Below, one piece after another: positions 9,471 through 18,504 of a DNA stretch of 64,000 nucleotides (position 1 is its first letter; every line of letters begins with the position of its first letter). The notes beneath the pieces are model-generated. The model ran no database searches. It saw only the letters and a program-made list of their open reading frames with translations, and was not told where the DNA came from. The stretch is from NCBI GenBank assembly GCA_040901675.1, contig JBBDYJ010000031.1, forward strand, positions 266,103-330,102. Direction: 5' to 3'. Position numbers and translations under genes: made by a program. The stretch comes from Pirellulales bacterium (GTDB taxonomy: Bacteria; Planctomycetota; Planctomycetia; Pirellulales; JAICIG01).

Positions 9471-10277
9471 CGAGAAATGCCCCTGGATGGGGTTGGCATC
9501 GCAGATCTGGACGCGTTGGCTGGCTTGACGGGCGCTTTCGTGGTGGCCCTGGGCCTGAGTCTGCTCGGTCGCCACAAGGCTGGCCCACACGGCATTGACC
9601 GTCAACGGCTTGTCGTTTTCGATCACCACAATACCCTCGATCGTCTCGCCCTGGCGGAACACGTCACCGGCTAGCGCCAGCTCGACGCGCACGTCCGGCG
9701 CCAGCAGCTTGTCCCAGAATCCGCCGCCCCCATCGCCGGGATAGCGCACTCGCACGCTCCGCGAGGGCGGATCGGCGGCCGGCAAGGGCGCCACGTCGAA
9801 CGAGTGCTTGGCTTTCACGTCGAAGGCCAGCGGGACGTGGCACCGGACCGACAACTCGTAAAATATCCGCAAGTTCGTGCCGGCGTGGGTGGCCGGAGCG
9901 CCGTCTGGCACGGTCACGTCCACCTCGAAGGAGTGCTCTCTTGGCTCCAGGACGACGTGCCGCCCGCCGCCCACGAGAGTCGCCAGGGCGTCCCCCGGGC
10001 CGCGAAAGCACCCCAGCGGCTCATGCCCGGCCAGCAGCTTCTGGTCATCTACAATCTTGACGTGCTCCACGGGCGTATGGGTATGGGTGGTGGTGTGCCC
10101 CTTGCTGTCGGTGCTGGTAGTGGTATAGGTGGCCTTGGTTTCCTCCGCGCCCCAGAAGCGCGCATGGATGCCACGGACCTTCAGCCGCTTTTCCAGCGTC
10201 AGTACGATCGGCACCGTGACCGTTTCGCCGCGGACCAGTTCGCCCCTTGGTGCATGGATCGCGAGTTGATTCGGCAT
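9471..10277 (-). pseudogene. SpoOM/arrestin-like protein, 3'-truncated and fused to duplicated fragments
   Basis: Arrestin-N-like '[13 protein letters not shown]...[24 protein letters not shown]'; the coding signal is replaced at 9470 by duplicated DNA. Confidence 0.65.
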
Positions 10278-10856
10278 GACGGCACTTTCCCGGACCGTTA
10301 AGCAACAAGCTTGCCGGCGGCCCCATTGTCGGCGCAGCGCCGGCGGCCTGCAACTCCGGCCGAGCCATCCCTTTTTTTGATATGCTATGTGCAAGCCTTC
10401 CCAATCCACCAAGAACCACCGAGATCCGCGATGAAACGAGCATTGCTGGCGCGCGTGTGGGCTTTGGTCGTCCTTCTTGGTGCAGGCGGCCTTCACCGAC
10501 GTGCGGACTTACGGCAAGGCCTTGGCCGGCGAGGCAATCTTGGATCTCGCCTCGGAAGCGGCCCCGATAAACGTCCCAGCCCGACTCGACCAGTAGGTTA
10601 ACAGGCTGATGATTGCTGCGAACCATGCCGTCTCGTTGCGATTTTTCGAGGTCCGCATTGCTGAGTGGCGAAGGACTGCCGAGGGATAAGAAAGCGGGGG
10701 CTGACACTTTCTCAGTCACAGGGCTATTGCGCACTCTGGCAATCCGAAAAAAGTTTCTCCGTTTTGGCACGAGATTTACCTTCTTGACCCATTCCCCCAG
10801 CGAGATTTAGTCTTCGTCGGCAGAGAGTCAGCGTCATCTCAAGCAAGGCGTACGTC

Positions 10857-13800
10857 ATGGAACGCAAGTATCTGGCGGCCAGCCATCCTATTGGCCGGCG
10901 TCTTTCGCTGGAGTGGCTTGAGGGCAAGCATCTGCTCGGCGAAGGCGGGCTGATCGGCACCGGTCTGTTTGGTGCAGCTTGGCTCGGCTGGGAAGCCGAA
11001 CTGGAAGCAGCCGGGGTCTCCGCCGAAGTTTTCGAGTACGCATGGGGCAAAGTCGAAACCGCCGCTCTTGAAGACCCGTCCCTGGATTGGCTGGATGAAG
11101 TGCTGCCCTATTGGATCAGCCCGCCCGTCGAGGCGGGGGCGGTGGAGGAACCGACCGTTTCGTTTGATGACCGGCTCGTCCAGCAGATGCACGCGCTTGA
11201 TCTGGATTCGCTCGCCGCAGGCCTGGAACCGGAGTATGTGGCAGACCGATTCAAGGCGCTTCTCGCTCAGGCCGTTGACCTGGCGATAGCTACCGGCGGT
11301 TCGCTGGCCGGCGTGCAGCCGGAAGGGAACGCTGTGCGAGAGGGAGGCAGCGAGACTCCGAAAACAACAACGGAGACGGACTCGGACATGCCGACGGTCG
11401 TGCAGCCAGTAGAAAACGCTGAGCAAGATCCCGGCAACGAGACTCTGACAACGGAGACGGACTCGGAAATCCTGGTGATGAGTTGCCCACCAATGTGTCC
11501 ACAGCCGAACATCCCGCCAACGGCTAATGACGATAGCTACACTGTCAAGCACGACCGGACACTTGTCATGGGGCCATCCGGCGTGCTCGGCAACGATTTT
11601 GATTACGATGGCCCGCAGCCTATCACCGCCAGCCTTGTGCAAGGGCCGCAAAACGGCACGCTGAATCCGTCCCTGGCCGCTGACGGCTCATTCACCTACA
11701 TCCCTAATTTCCAGTTCGTGGGCGTTGATACTTTCACGTACCGGGCCTTCGATGGGGCGGACTACAGTGCCACTGCCACCGTCTCGATTGACGTAACGAA
11801 CCTCGCGCCGGTTGCTAGCGACGACACCTACGGTATCGGCCATGGCATGGATCTTGTTGTTGAGGCACCCGGGGTAAAAGCAAATGACTTCGACTATGAC
11901 CCTGACCCATTTGAAGCAATCCTGGTTAGCGGGCCCTCTCATGCCGACTTCTTTGCCTTCAATTACAACGGCAACAACGGCTCGTTCAAGTATCGGTCGG
12001 TTGTAACCTTTTGGGGCGAGGATACGTTCACCTATAAGCTCACGGACGGCATCTCGGAGAGCAATGTGGCAACGGTGACGATCACCGTCCGGGAGAACGC
12101 TCCGCCTATCGCGTATCCTGATGAGTACACTGTTACCTACTGTGCGACTGGCCTTGTGACCGAAGCGCCGGGCGTGTTAGGCAACGACATCGACTACGAT
12201 ATGGACCCGCTAACTGCCCATCTCGTGAGCAATGCCAGCGCCGGCACGGTGAGTCTCAACGCCGATGGTTCATTTACCTATACTCCCACGGGCCCATATG
12301 TCCAGGACGATAGCTTTACATACAAGGCAAAGGATCTGACGGAGTTCAGCAACACGACCACTGTGGAACTCGAGATAATTAGGCCAACGGTGGACATTGA
12401 TACGGACAGCGACAACGATGGTCTGGTCGAGCGGAATTTCGGGGAGGAAGTCGTCGAAATGATCGCCCCAGGCAACGTTCTTCGATATAACAACGACGAC
12501 GACAATGGGAACTTTGCGGAAGATCGGCTCGACGCGCCATTTCTTGACCCCGCGGGGAACCTAATGCTCGATGACGAGCTTGAGGAAGTGTATGTGTCAA
12601 TTGACGGAATGGCCGTTGATCTTACCGGTTATAAGCTTGATCTTGTGATCGCTGGTTCAAATGTAAAGCTATGGAAGGGCAAGACGAAGCAGCCTTTGCA
12701 AATGAGCTACACCATCGGCATCGACGAATTGCCGCCGGTGATTTACGTGGAAGGCGTCAACCATGGGAGCGATGTTGTGCATTGGATTCTGACGAACTCC
12801 GCGGGTTGCGAGGTCCACCGGGACAGCGTCATGTTCACTGTGATTGAGCTTGACCTGATCGCACACCGGCCACAAACCGAGGGGCCGGGATATGGCAACC
12901 CATTTCCAAAGACTGTCATCCCGGAAGGGCAGGAAGCAGAGATCGGGATTCGTAGGAATGGCGATGACGACGACGGGGGCGGCGTGGCAGATAAACTTGA
13001 AACTGGCGTGGGCGGTGAAAACGATCTGATCGAAATCGAGCTTGTAGCGATCCCAGCCGCCCCCGCCGGCATCGAGTATCGGTTGAGTCGCAGTAATGCC
13101 AACCTCAATGTCTGGATCAGCCCGAGCAAGTATGGCAACCCGGTTCTCAAGATTGAGGACTCCAAGCAACCGATCTCTCCCGGCACGTACTGGGTCGAGT
13201 GGGTTGATGGAGCGCCCTTTGGGACCGCGAGTTTGAGCTTTGATGCGGTCGCGAACGGAGCTCTCGCGGGTGTTGGGGACTGGGCGACGTTCGTACCGTT
13301 CACTAGCGTCGTCATCGCGTTCGGCGGTAACACGAACATCCCCCTTGATCCAAGCGACGGGGTGTATGTGATGTCGCAGAAGCTTTACGACGAAGGGTAC
13401 GATGTTCACGCCTATAGCGAAGAGGATGTGGACGCGGCTGCGCAACTTCCGCTCAACGAGGTCCGCTCCGCCGTTGACGAACGAGGTGTAACGCACGTGG
13501 CGATTTTCGGCTATAGCCAAGGAGGTGGTGCAACGTACGTGCTGTCGGAGCAGCTTGCCGCCAATCCGCCGGCGGGGACGTACGGTATTGCGTTTACTGC
13601 GTACATTGACGCGATTGAGCATGATTGGTCGACTGCCGAACAGCGATTCCCTATCGGCTCTACTTACCACGTGAATTACTACCAGCGCATCGATCTGTTG
13701 TTAACAGGAAACGCTGTTGGCCCGCCGGCAATTGACGTTAACGTCAGCAACACGATTTGGGGGGCGAACCTGGACCATGATAGCTTCAACAACAGCATCG

Positions 13801-13904
13801 ACAGTAATGTAACTGTCCAAAACAGAATCCTGAATGGTTTCGCCGGCCCCGTCGATCAGAACAATCCGGCGCATAGTGGACTTAAGAACAGGACGCCCAA
13901 ATGA
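10857..13904 (+). CDS. Large exported protein: LEPR-XLL-like N-terminal motif, three Ig/cadherin-like (tandem-95/Big_9) repeats, two Asp-rich PAD-like modules and a C-terminal alpha/beta-hydrolase
   Basis: RRLSLEWLEGKHLL; PPTANDDSY/APVASDDTY/PPIAYPDEY repeats with (L/A)GND.DYD and DTFTY; NNDDDNGN and NGDDDDGGG; VAIFGYSQGGG at 13509-13523. Confidence 0.85.
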   Translation: MERKYLAASHPIGRRLSLEWLEGKHLLGEGGLIGTGLFGAAWLGWEAELEAAGVSAEVFEYAWGKVETAALEDPSLDWLDEVLPYWISPPVEAGAVEEPTVSFDDRLVQQMHALDLDSLAAGLEPEYVADRFKALLAQAVDLAIATGGSLAGVQPEGNAVREGGSETPKTTTETDSDMPTVVQPVENAEQDPGNETLTTETDSEILVMSCPPMCPQPNIPPTANDDSYTVKHDRTLVMGPSGVLGNDFDYDGPQPITASLVQGPQNGTLNPSLAADGSFTYIPNFQFVGVDTFTYRAFDGADYSATATVSIDVTNLAPVASDDTYGIGHGMDLVVEAPGVKANDFDYDPDPFEAILVSGPSHADFFAFNYNGNNGSFKYRSVVTFWGEDTFTYKLTDGISESNVATVTITVRENAPPIAYPDEYTVTYCATGLVTEAPGVLGNDIDYDMDPLTAHLVSNASAGTVSLNADGSFTYTPTGPYVQDDSFTYKAKDLTEFSNTTTVELEIIRPTVDIDTDSDNDGLVERNFGEEVVEMIAPGNVLRYNNDDDNGNFAEDRLDAPFLDPAGNLMLDDELEEVYVSIDGMAVDLTGYKLDLVIAGSNVKLWKGKTKQPLQMSYTIGIDELPPVIYVEGVNHGSDVVHWILTNSAGCEVHRDSVMFTVIELDLIAHRPQTEGPGYGNPFPKTVIPEGQEAEIGIRRNGDDDDGGGVADKLETGVGGENDLIEIELVAIPAAPAGIEYRLSRSNANLNVWISPSKYGNPVLKIEDSKQPISPGTYWVEWVDGAPFGTASLSFDAVANGALAGVGDWATFVPFTSVVIAFGGNTNIPLDPSDGVYVMSQKLYDEGYDVHAYSEEDVDAAAQLPLNEVRSAVDERGVTHVAIFGYSQGGGATYVLSEQLAANPPAGTYGIAFTAYIDAIEHDWSTAEQRFPIGSTYHVNYYQRIDLLLTGNAVGPPAIDVNVSNTIWGANLDHDSFNNSIDSNVTVQNRILNGFAGPVDQNNPAHSGLKNRTPK

Positions 13905-14710
13905 AGGCAGCGATCGTAGTGCTCGCATTGATGCCGGTTGGGAAGGGCATGCCCGACCCTCAACTGCAACAGAGAATCAACGAGGCTATCGATGTTCTTA
14001 GTCGTGAGGGAAGGTTCCCAGCAAGAGATGCGGCGAAGCCGCTGATTGTGCTTGAGGCAGCAGCCCGCGATACGGAATCCCACGTCGCTCGAGAGCTATT
14101 GCACGCCTATGCCATCGCGTCAAAGCAGGCGGATGGGGACGGGCGCACCCTCAAGGTTCTTAAGCTCCTCGAGGTCCTGGAAATACCGCGCAGTGCAGTG
14201 GCCGAGGCTGTGATACCGTACCTGGATGCTGATGACAAGGCAATGCAAGGGGCGGTTGAGGAATTCATGGACTTCGTGGAGGGCCGCTGTGACGAGCCGG
14301 ATTACAGTTACTATCTCAATCTTATGCAGGCTGCTAGGGATCGACCTCTACGGTCCCTTATACGGTACATGATCGTCCAGACTCCAGGCCGCGCTTTGGT
14401 CATGCTGGTAAGGCAGCAGCGCGTTGTCTCTCCGGAGAGGCGTGCGCGTTGGGACGATCTGCTTTTGTCGGAACATGTCATCAGCAGCGCCATTTGGAAG
14501 CTGAAGGGTGGATTCGAGGCTACCGACGATGTGCGGACGGCACGCGAGGAATTGGCAAAGCTGGTCGAGCAAGAGGAATGGTGGATCAGGCTCTATGTCG
14601 TGGAGGTTCTCCGCTACCAGAAGGAGTTGCGCGCCCATGGCATGATTGAGCGTCTCAAGACGGACCCGGATGAGGTAGTGCGTCAGGCCGCCGAAGCAAT
14701 TGGCAAATGA
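13901..14710 (+). CDS. Signal-peptide HEAT-repeat-like protein, putative immunity protein
   Basis: ATGA overlap with the upstream gene; hydrophobic N-terminus; C-terminal 'WWIRLYVVEVL...LKTDPDEVVRQAA'. Confidence 0.7.
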   Translation: MKAAIVVLALMPVGKGMPDPQLQQRINEAIDVLSREGRFPARDAAKPLIVLEAAARDTESHVARELLHAYAIASKQADGDGRTLKVLKLLEVLEIPRSAVAEAVIPYLDADDKAMQGAVEEFMDFVEGRCDEPDYSYYLNLMQAARDRPLRSLIRYMIVQTPGRALVMLVRQQRVVSPERRARWDDLLLSEHVISSAIWKLKGGFEATDDVRTAREELAKLVEQEEWWIRLYVVEVLRYQKELRAHGMIERLKTDPDEVVRQAAEAIGK

Positions 14711-15321
14711 CGAACCCCTATCAAAGTCCGGGACTGGGGCACGCCCTCGATAATCGGAGCCGGCTCCGTTGGGCGAAGAGAGGCGCGTGCGGCGCGAACC
14801 TGTCGCTCGTCGTATACGGCCTTCTCTTCTGGGTGTACGTGGCGTGGCGGGACTTCAACAGCGAAACCGATCGACTCATTGGCTGGGGAGCCATTGCGAT
14901 GGCTGGCCTCGGACTGCTTTTAGCCGCCTGGGTGCTATTCTGTGGCGATTCCATGTCTCGGCTGCTGTCCATGTTCCCGGCGACCGTATCGGTGACTCTT
15001 CTTGGACGTGGCCATTTGCCGGCAGTTACTGCATGGTGGTTAATTGTAACTGGCTTTACGGTCGCATTCGTGGGTGTTTGTTCATTCGCGCTTCGAGCAA
15101 GGCTTTCACAGGGATTCTGCCTGATCGCACCGGCTGTGTTGGGGTCTTTCGCGGTATTTCTTTGGCGTATGGCGGAAGAACACGTGGCTTTGATGATAGC
15201 CGGGTCTATTGGAGCCGTTCTCGCTTTTGTCTTTGGTGGATTGGATCATGGGATCTTGGGCCTGGCCCCAAGCGGGCCCGCTGAACGTCCCAGGGGGACT
15301 GGCGGGCCGGAGGTCAGATAG
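14707..15321 (+). CDS. Membrane protein with NPYQSP N-terminal motif (paralog 1)
   Basis: ATGA overlap; multiple TM segments; GANLSLVVYGLL. Confidence 0.7.
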   Translation: MTNPYQSPGLGHALDNRSRLRWAKRGACGANLSLVVYGLLFWVYVAWRDFNSETDRLIGWGAIAMAGLGLLLAAWVLFCGDSMSRLLSMFPATVSVTLLGRGHLPAVTAWWLIVTGFTVAFVGVCSFALRARLSQGFCLIAPAVLGSFAVFLWRMAEEHVALMIAGSIGAVLAFVFGGLDHGILGLAPSGPAERPRGTGGPEVR

Positions 15322-15324
15322 CTG

Positions 15325-15718
15325 TTGTGGCGAACCGATAATCCGTATGGAAGTCCGGCTCGAAGCAAGAAAGGGTCGGCGCGCCCGTCGGTTCGGCGAC
15401 CTTCCTGGGTGGTTGTTGCCGGTGCATACCTGTGCGTCATCGCACACGTGCTTCTCATCCAGGTGATGGTTGGTTTTGCCGACAGTTCAAGTTCTTCCGT
15501 TGATCGGTTCGGTGTCCGAGCCTTCGTTCGGTCATCGACTAGTCTCAACTGGCATTTGGTTATGCAACGCATCGATCGTTGCTTCAGGTCTGTACGCATC
15601 CTGGTTGGTCATTCGGCGCGGAAGTACCTCCCAGAAGGCGGTGTGCCTATTGCCGGCCGTTATTCTAGTTATTTGGCCGGGTTGGATGGTCATTCAGATC
15701 GTTAGTATCGGCCTTTGA
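15325..15718 (+). pseudogene. Frameshifted membrane-protein paralog 2 (NPYGSP motif)
   Basis: The N-terminal half (NPYGSP..GAYLCVIAH) is in the 15325 frame, while the paralog-like C-terminal half (ASWLVIRRGSTSQKAVCLLPAVIL) is in the 15470 frame. Confidence 0.6.
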
Positions 15719-15780
15719 TGTCCGCACGTCCCTGAAAATGCGCCCCGGGCGGCGGGTTCCTGTGAAATGACGAATGCCGT

Positions 15781-16119
15781 ATGACAAGAAAGAGTCTGAT
15801 TGGGTCGCGTGGTCGCGGTGCCGCCTGGTGGGTCACGGTGGGCGCGAATCTGTCTGTCGTGATCGTTGGCGTGCTATTGTACCTGCTCATCTGGTACGGA
15901 GTTAGCGGTTGGAGCAAGCACCATTGGTGGCTTTCCAAGTTGAATCAGTGGGCTTTGCTGATTGTAAGTGTTACTGGTGCACTTCAAGCCTTATGGTGCT
16001 TGCGTTATGGAAGCAAACGGCAAAGGCTGCTCTGTGTAGTGCCAGCGATCGTTTTGATCTCCACGGCAGGATGGCTGCTATCCAGTCTGGACATATTATT
16101 GAAGGTCGTTCCTGGTTGA
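15781..16119 (+). CDS. Membrane protein (paralog 3)
   Basis: GANLSVVIVGVLL ... ALWCLRYGSKRQRLLCVVPAIVL. Confidence 0.7.
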   Translation: MTRKSLIGSRGRGAAWWVTVGANLSVVIVGVLLYLLIWYGVSGWSKHHWWLSKLNQWALLIVSVTGALQALWCLRYGSKRQRLLCVVPAIVLISTAGWLLSSLDILLKVVPG

Positions 16120-16691
16120 TGGCGACTGCTGTGCTCATCATCGTGGTTGGTTTGGTCGGCCTTGGTCTGGCGATTCTCGTCGGCGCAAGGCCGACCAACG
16201 CGTGCGTGGCCATTCGATTTAGTCTGCGGCAGATGCTGTTGTGGACCGCTGGCGTTGCGGTGCTGCTTGGACTTTTCGTTTATCGTGCTCCGAGCGGAAC
16301 AGGCTATATCCTGTCGCTGCCAGTTTTCGCTATGTGGCTGGCAATAGTCGGGGTGATGTATCGTCACGCCCAGTGGCACCATTTGGCGTTCGCTGTGGCG
16401 GCGGGCTTTGCGATTGCAACGGTGGTCGAAATCGAACTGGCCTCGGGCTACGGTTCGCCGCTACCAATCATTGGGCAGATACCAGGGCCTCCATCCAAGG
16501 CGATGCAAGCCGTAAACCGGGCCCTAATGGCCATGTTCGCAGGTTTCGGGTTCTGGCAGTCGATCTATGGAGTGCGGAAGGGAAAGGGTCTTCTGAGGAT
16601 GAGTTGTGCCATGACGGGGCTCGTCCTTGGCGTCGCCGCGGTTGGTATGATTGTCTCCATTCTGGACCTTTGGTTTCGCTGGGGGTTATAG
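16119..16691 (+). CDS. Membrane protein with RFSLRQMLL motif (paralog 4, more divergent)
   Basis: TGATG overlap at 16117-16121; multi-TM; 'SIYGVRKGKGLLRMSC'. Confidence 0.65.
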   Translation: MATAVLIIVVGLVGLGLAILVGARPTNACVAIRFSLRQMLLWTAGVAVLLGLFVYRAPSGTGYILSLPVFAMWLAIVGVMYRHAQWHHLAFAVAAGFAIATVVEIELASGYGSPLPIIGQIPGPPSKAMQAVNRALMAMFAGFGFWQSIYGVRKGKGLLRMSCAMTGLVLGVAAVGMIVSILDLWFRWGL

Positions 16692-17438
16692 ACGGTTATA
16701 GACAAACACCTGGCGCGTCTCGAGCTGGTAAACCCAGCCGTGCAGCGCCAGCTCGCCGCGGGCCAGGCGTGCCGCCACCGCGGGATGCGTCCGGAGGTGC
16801 TCCAGTTGAATCAGCACGTTGTGCTGGATGGCCACGTTCAAGAGATCCGCCCCGCCCAGGTGAGCGTATTTCTGCCTCACAATCCGGCGGGCCGCCTCGC
16901 CATGCCCCAGCCACGCGCACACGGCAGGCATCGAATCGCGGATACCGTCGGCGGCCAGCAGAGCCTGGATGGCGCGGCAGTCGGAATGCCCGCAGACCAC
17001 AATCTCCCGGACCCCCAGGCCGACCAGGGCAAACTCGATGGTGGCCGCCTCCCCGCCGCCGGCTGTCCCGTGCGGCGGCACCATGCCGCCCGCGCTGCGC
17101 TGTATGAACAGCTCCCCCGGCTCGGCCTGCATGATCACATCAGGGTTGACGCGCGAATCGGAGCAGGTGATGAACAGCGCTCGCGGGCGCTGTCCCTCGG
17201 CGATGCGTGTACGAACCTCACCTGGCCCGGCCTGGATTCGCTCAATATCCGGCTCATGCCGCGCCGGCGGCAGGCAAAGCCGTTCGAAATCGTCCCAGGC
17301 CAGATCGCCGAAAGCCAGCAACTGCTCGCGCGTTTCCGCCGGTGGCGGGAGCTCGATGATCCGGTCGTCGAAACGGGGCGCGGGCCTTTCGGATAACGGG
17401 CCAAGACACGACCAAGGTTCTTTGGCGGGTGCGCTCAT
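16686..17438 (-). pseudogene. Beta-carbonic anhydrase with an unrelated N-terminus (chimeric or degenerate)
   Basis: GQRPRALFITCSDSR, IVVCGHSDC, NVLIQLEHLRTHP and LHGWVY are present; the canonical RNAGN is RSAGG; the N-terminal ~75 aa are not CA-like. Confidence 0.7.
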
Positions 17439-17532
17439 GACGATCCCCCTCGCAGAAAGCTGCGGCCCACTGGCTATTCGATCGATTCCACGAACTATTC
17501 GATCTCTCCGAGAGCGGCCGGTCAACCATTCA

Positions 17533-18495
17533 TCAAGCATCACGCGCCGCGGCGGGCCAGTCCGGCAGGCGCAATCGTGGGAGCCTCTCTTCCAACCGCG
17601 GGCGGTGGGACTCCAACCCCGGCGGCAGCATCAGTCTGGTGCCCAGCTCGTTTGCCGCCTCGTCGGCCGTGAAGCCGGGGCTGTCGGTCGCGATCTCGAA
17701 GAGCACGCCGCCGGGCTCGCGGAAGTAGATCGAGTGGAAGTATTTGCGGTCCATCACCGGCGAGACGTTGTAGCCCAACTCGACAAGCTTGCTCCGCCAG
17801 GCCTGCTGCTGGTCGTCGTCCGGCGTGCGAAACGCAACGTGGTGCACGACCCCCGCGCCCACGCCCCCCAGGCGACCCTCGGGCAGGCAGACGAGCTCGA
17901 CGAAGGACGCGGACTCTCCAGTCCCGGCTCGGTAGCGGAAGCGGTTCCCCTCGCTGCCGTCGGCGCGGAAGCCCATCACGTCGGTCAGCAGTGTGGCAGT
18001 TTTCTCGTAGGCGTTTTCGGAGAGGGTGACCCCGTGAAACCCGCGAATGGCGTGCTGTGGCGGGACCGGCCCGCCTCTCGTTTGGCCGCGCGGTTGCGCT
18101 GTCGCGACGATCTCCAGGTTCAGGCCGTCCGGGTCGGCAAAGCTCAACACCGTTGTGCCAAAGCGAACGATGCTCGGCCGCATCCGCACCTGGTGCTCCT
18201 CGAGGCGCTGCGCCCAGAACTCCACCGCCCCTTCCGGCGCGGCGAAGCTGGTGGCCGTCGCCTGGGGCGGGCCAATCCTGCCGCGATTGGCGCCAGGCCA
18301 GGCGAAGAACGTCATGATCGTTCCAGGGCGGCCGATCTCGTCGCCGTAGTATAGATGGAAGCTGCCGGGGTCGTCGAAGTTCACCGTGAGCTTGACCAGC
18401 CGCAGCCCCAGCACGCCACTGTAGAAATCGAGGTTTCGCTGCGCGTGGGCCGTGATCGCCGTGACATGGTGAATGCCGGAAATGGTCGCGTTCAT
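17533..18495 (-). CDS. Ring-cleaving dioxygenase (glyoxalase/VOC, MhqO-like)
   Basis: [48 protein letters not shown]. Confidence 0.93.
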   Translation of the reverse strand: MNATISGIHHVTAITAHAQRNLDFYSGVLGLRLVKLTVNFDDPGSFHLYYGDEIGRPGTIMTFFAWPGANRGRIGPPQATATSFAAPEGAVEFWAQRLEEHQVRMRPSIVRFGTTVLSFADPDGLNLEIVATAQPRGQTRGGPVPPQHAIRGFHGVTLSENAYEKTATLLTDVMGFRADGSEGNRFRYRAGTGESASFVELVCLPEGRLGGVGAGVVHHVAFRTPDDDQQQAWRSKLVELGYNVSPVMDRKYFHSIYFREPGGVLFEIATDSPGFTADEAANELGTRLMLPPGLESHRPRLEERLPRLRLPDWPAAARDA

Positions 18496-18504
18496 GGGTT
18501 TTTC

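Noticed and set aside
8997..10496. 499-aa ORF as a genuine gene
   Set aside because: It is a mosaic of three unrelated fragments, with the middle one read out of frame.
10431..10601. Short ORF starting [20 protein letters not shown]
   Set aside because: A signal-peptide-like start is followed by non-protein-like sequence; at most a remnant.
10764..10780. Sigma54 promoter (TGGCAC) upstream of the large exported gene
   Set aside because: The -12 element reads TTAC rather than TTGC.
11367..11468. 20-bp direct repeat acaacggagacggactcgga as a target-site duplication
   Set aside because: It is an in-frame linker duplication (TTETDSD/TTETDSE) with no element between the copies.
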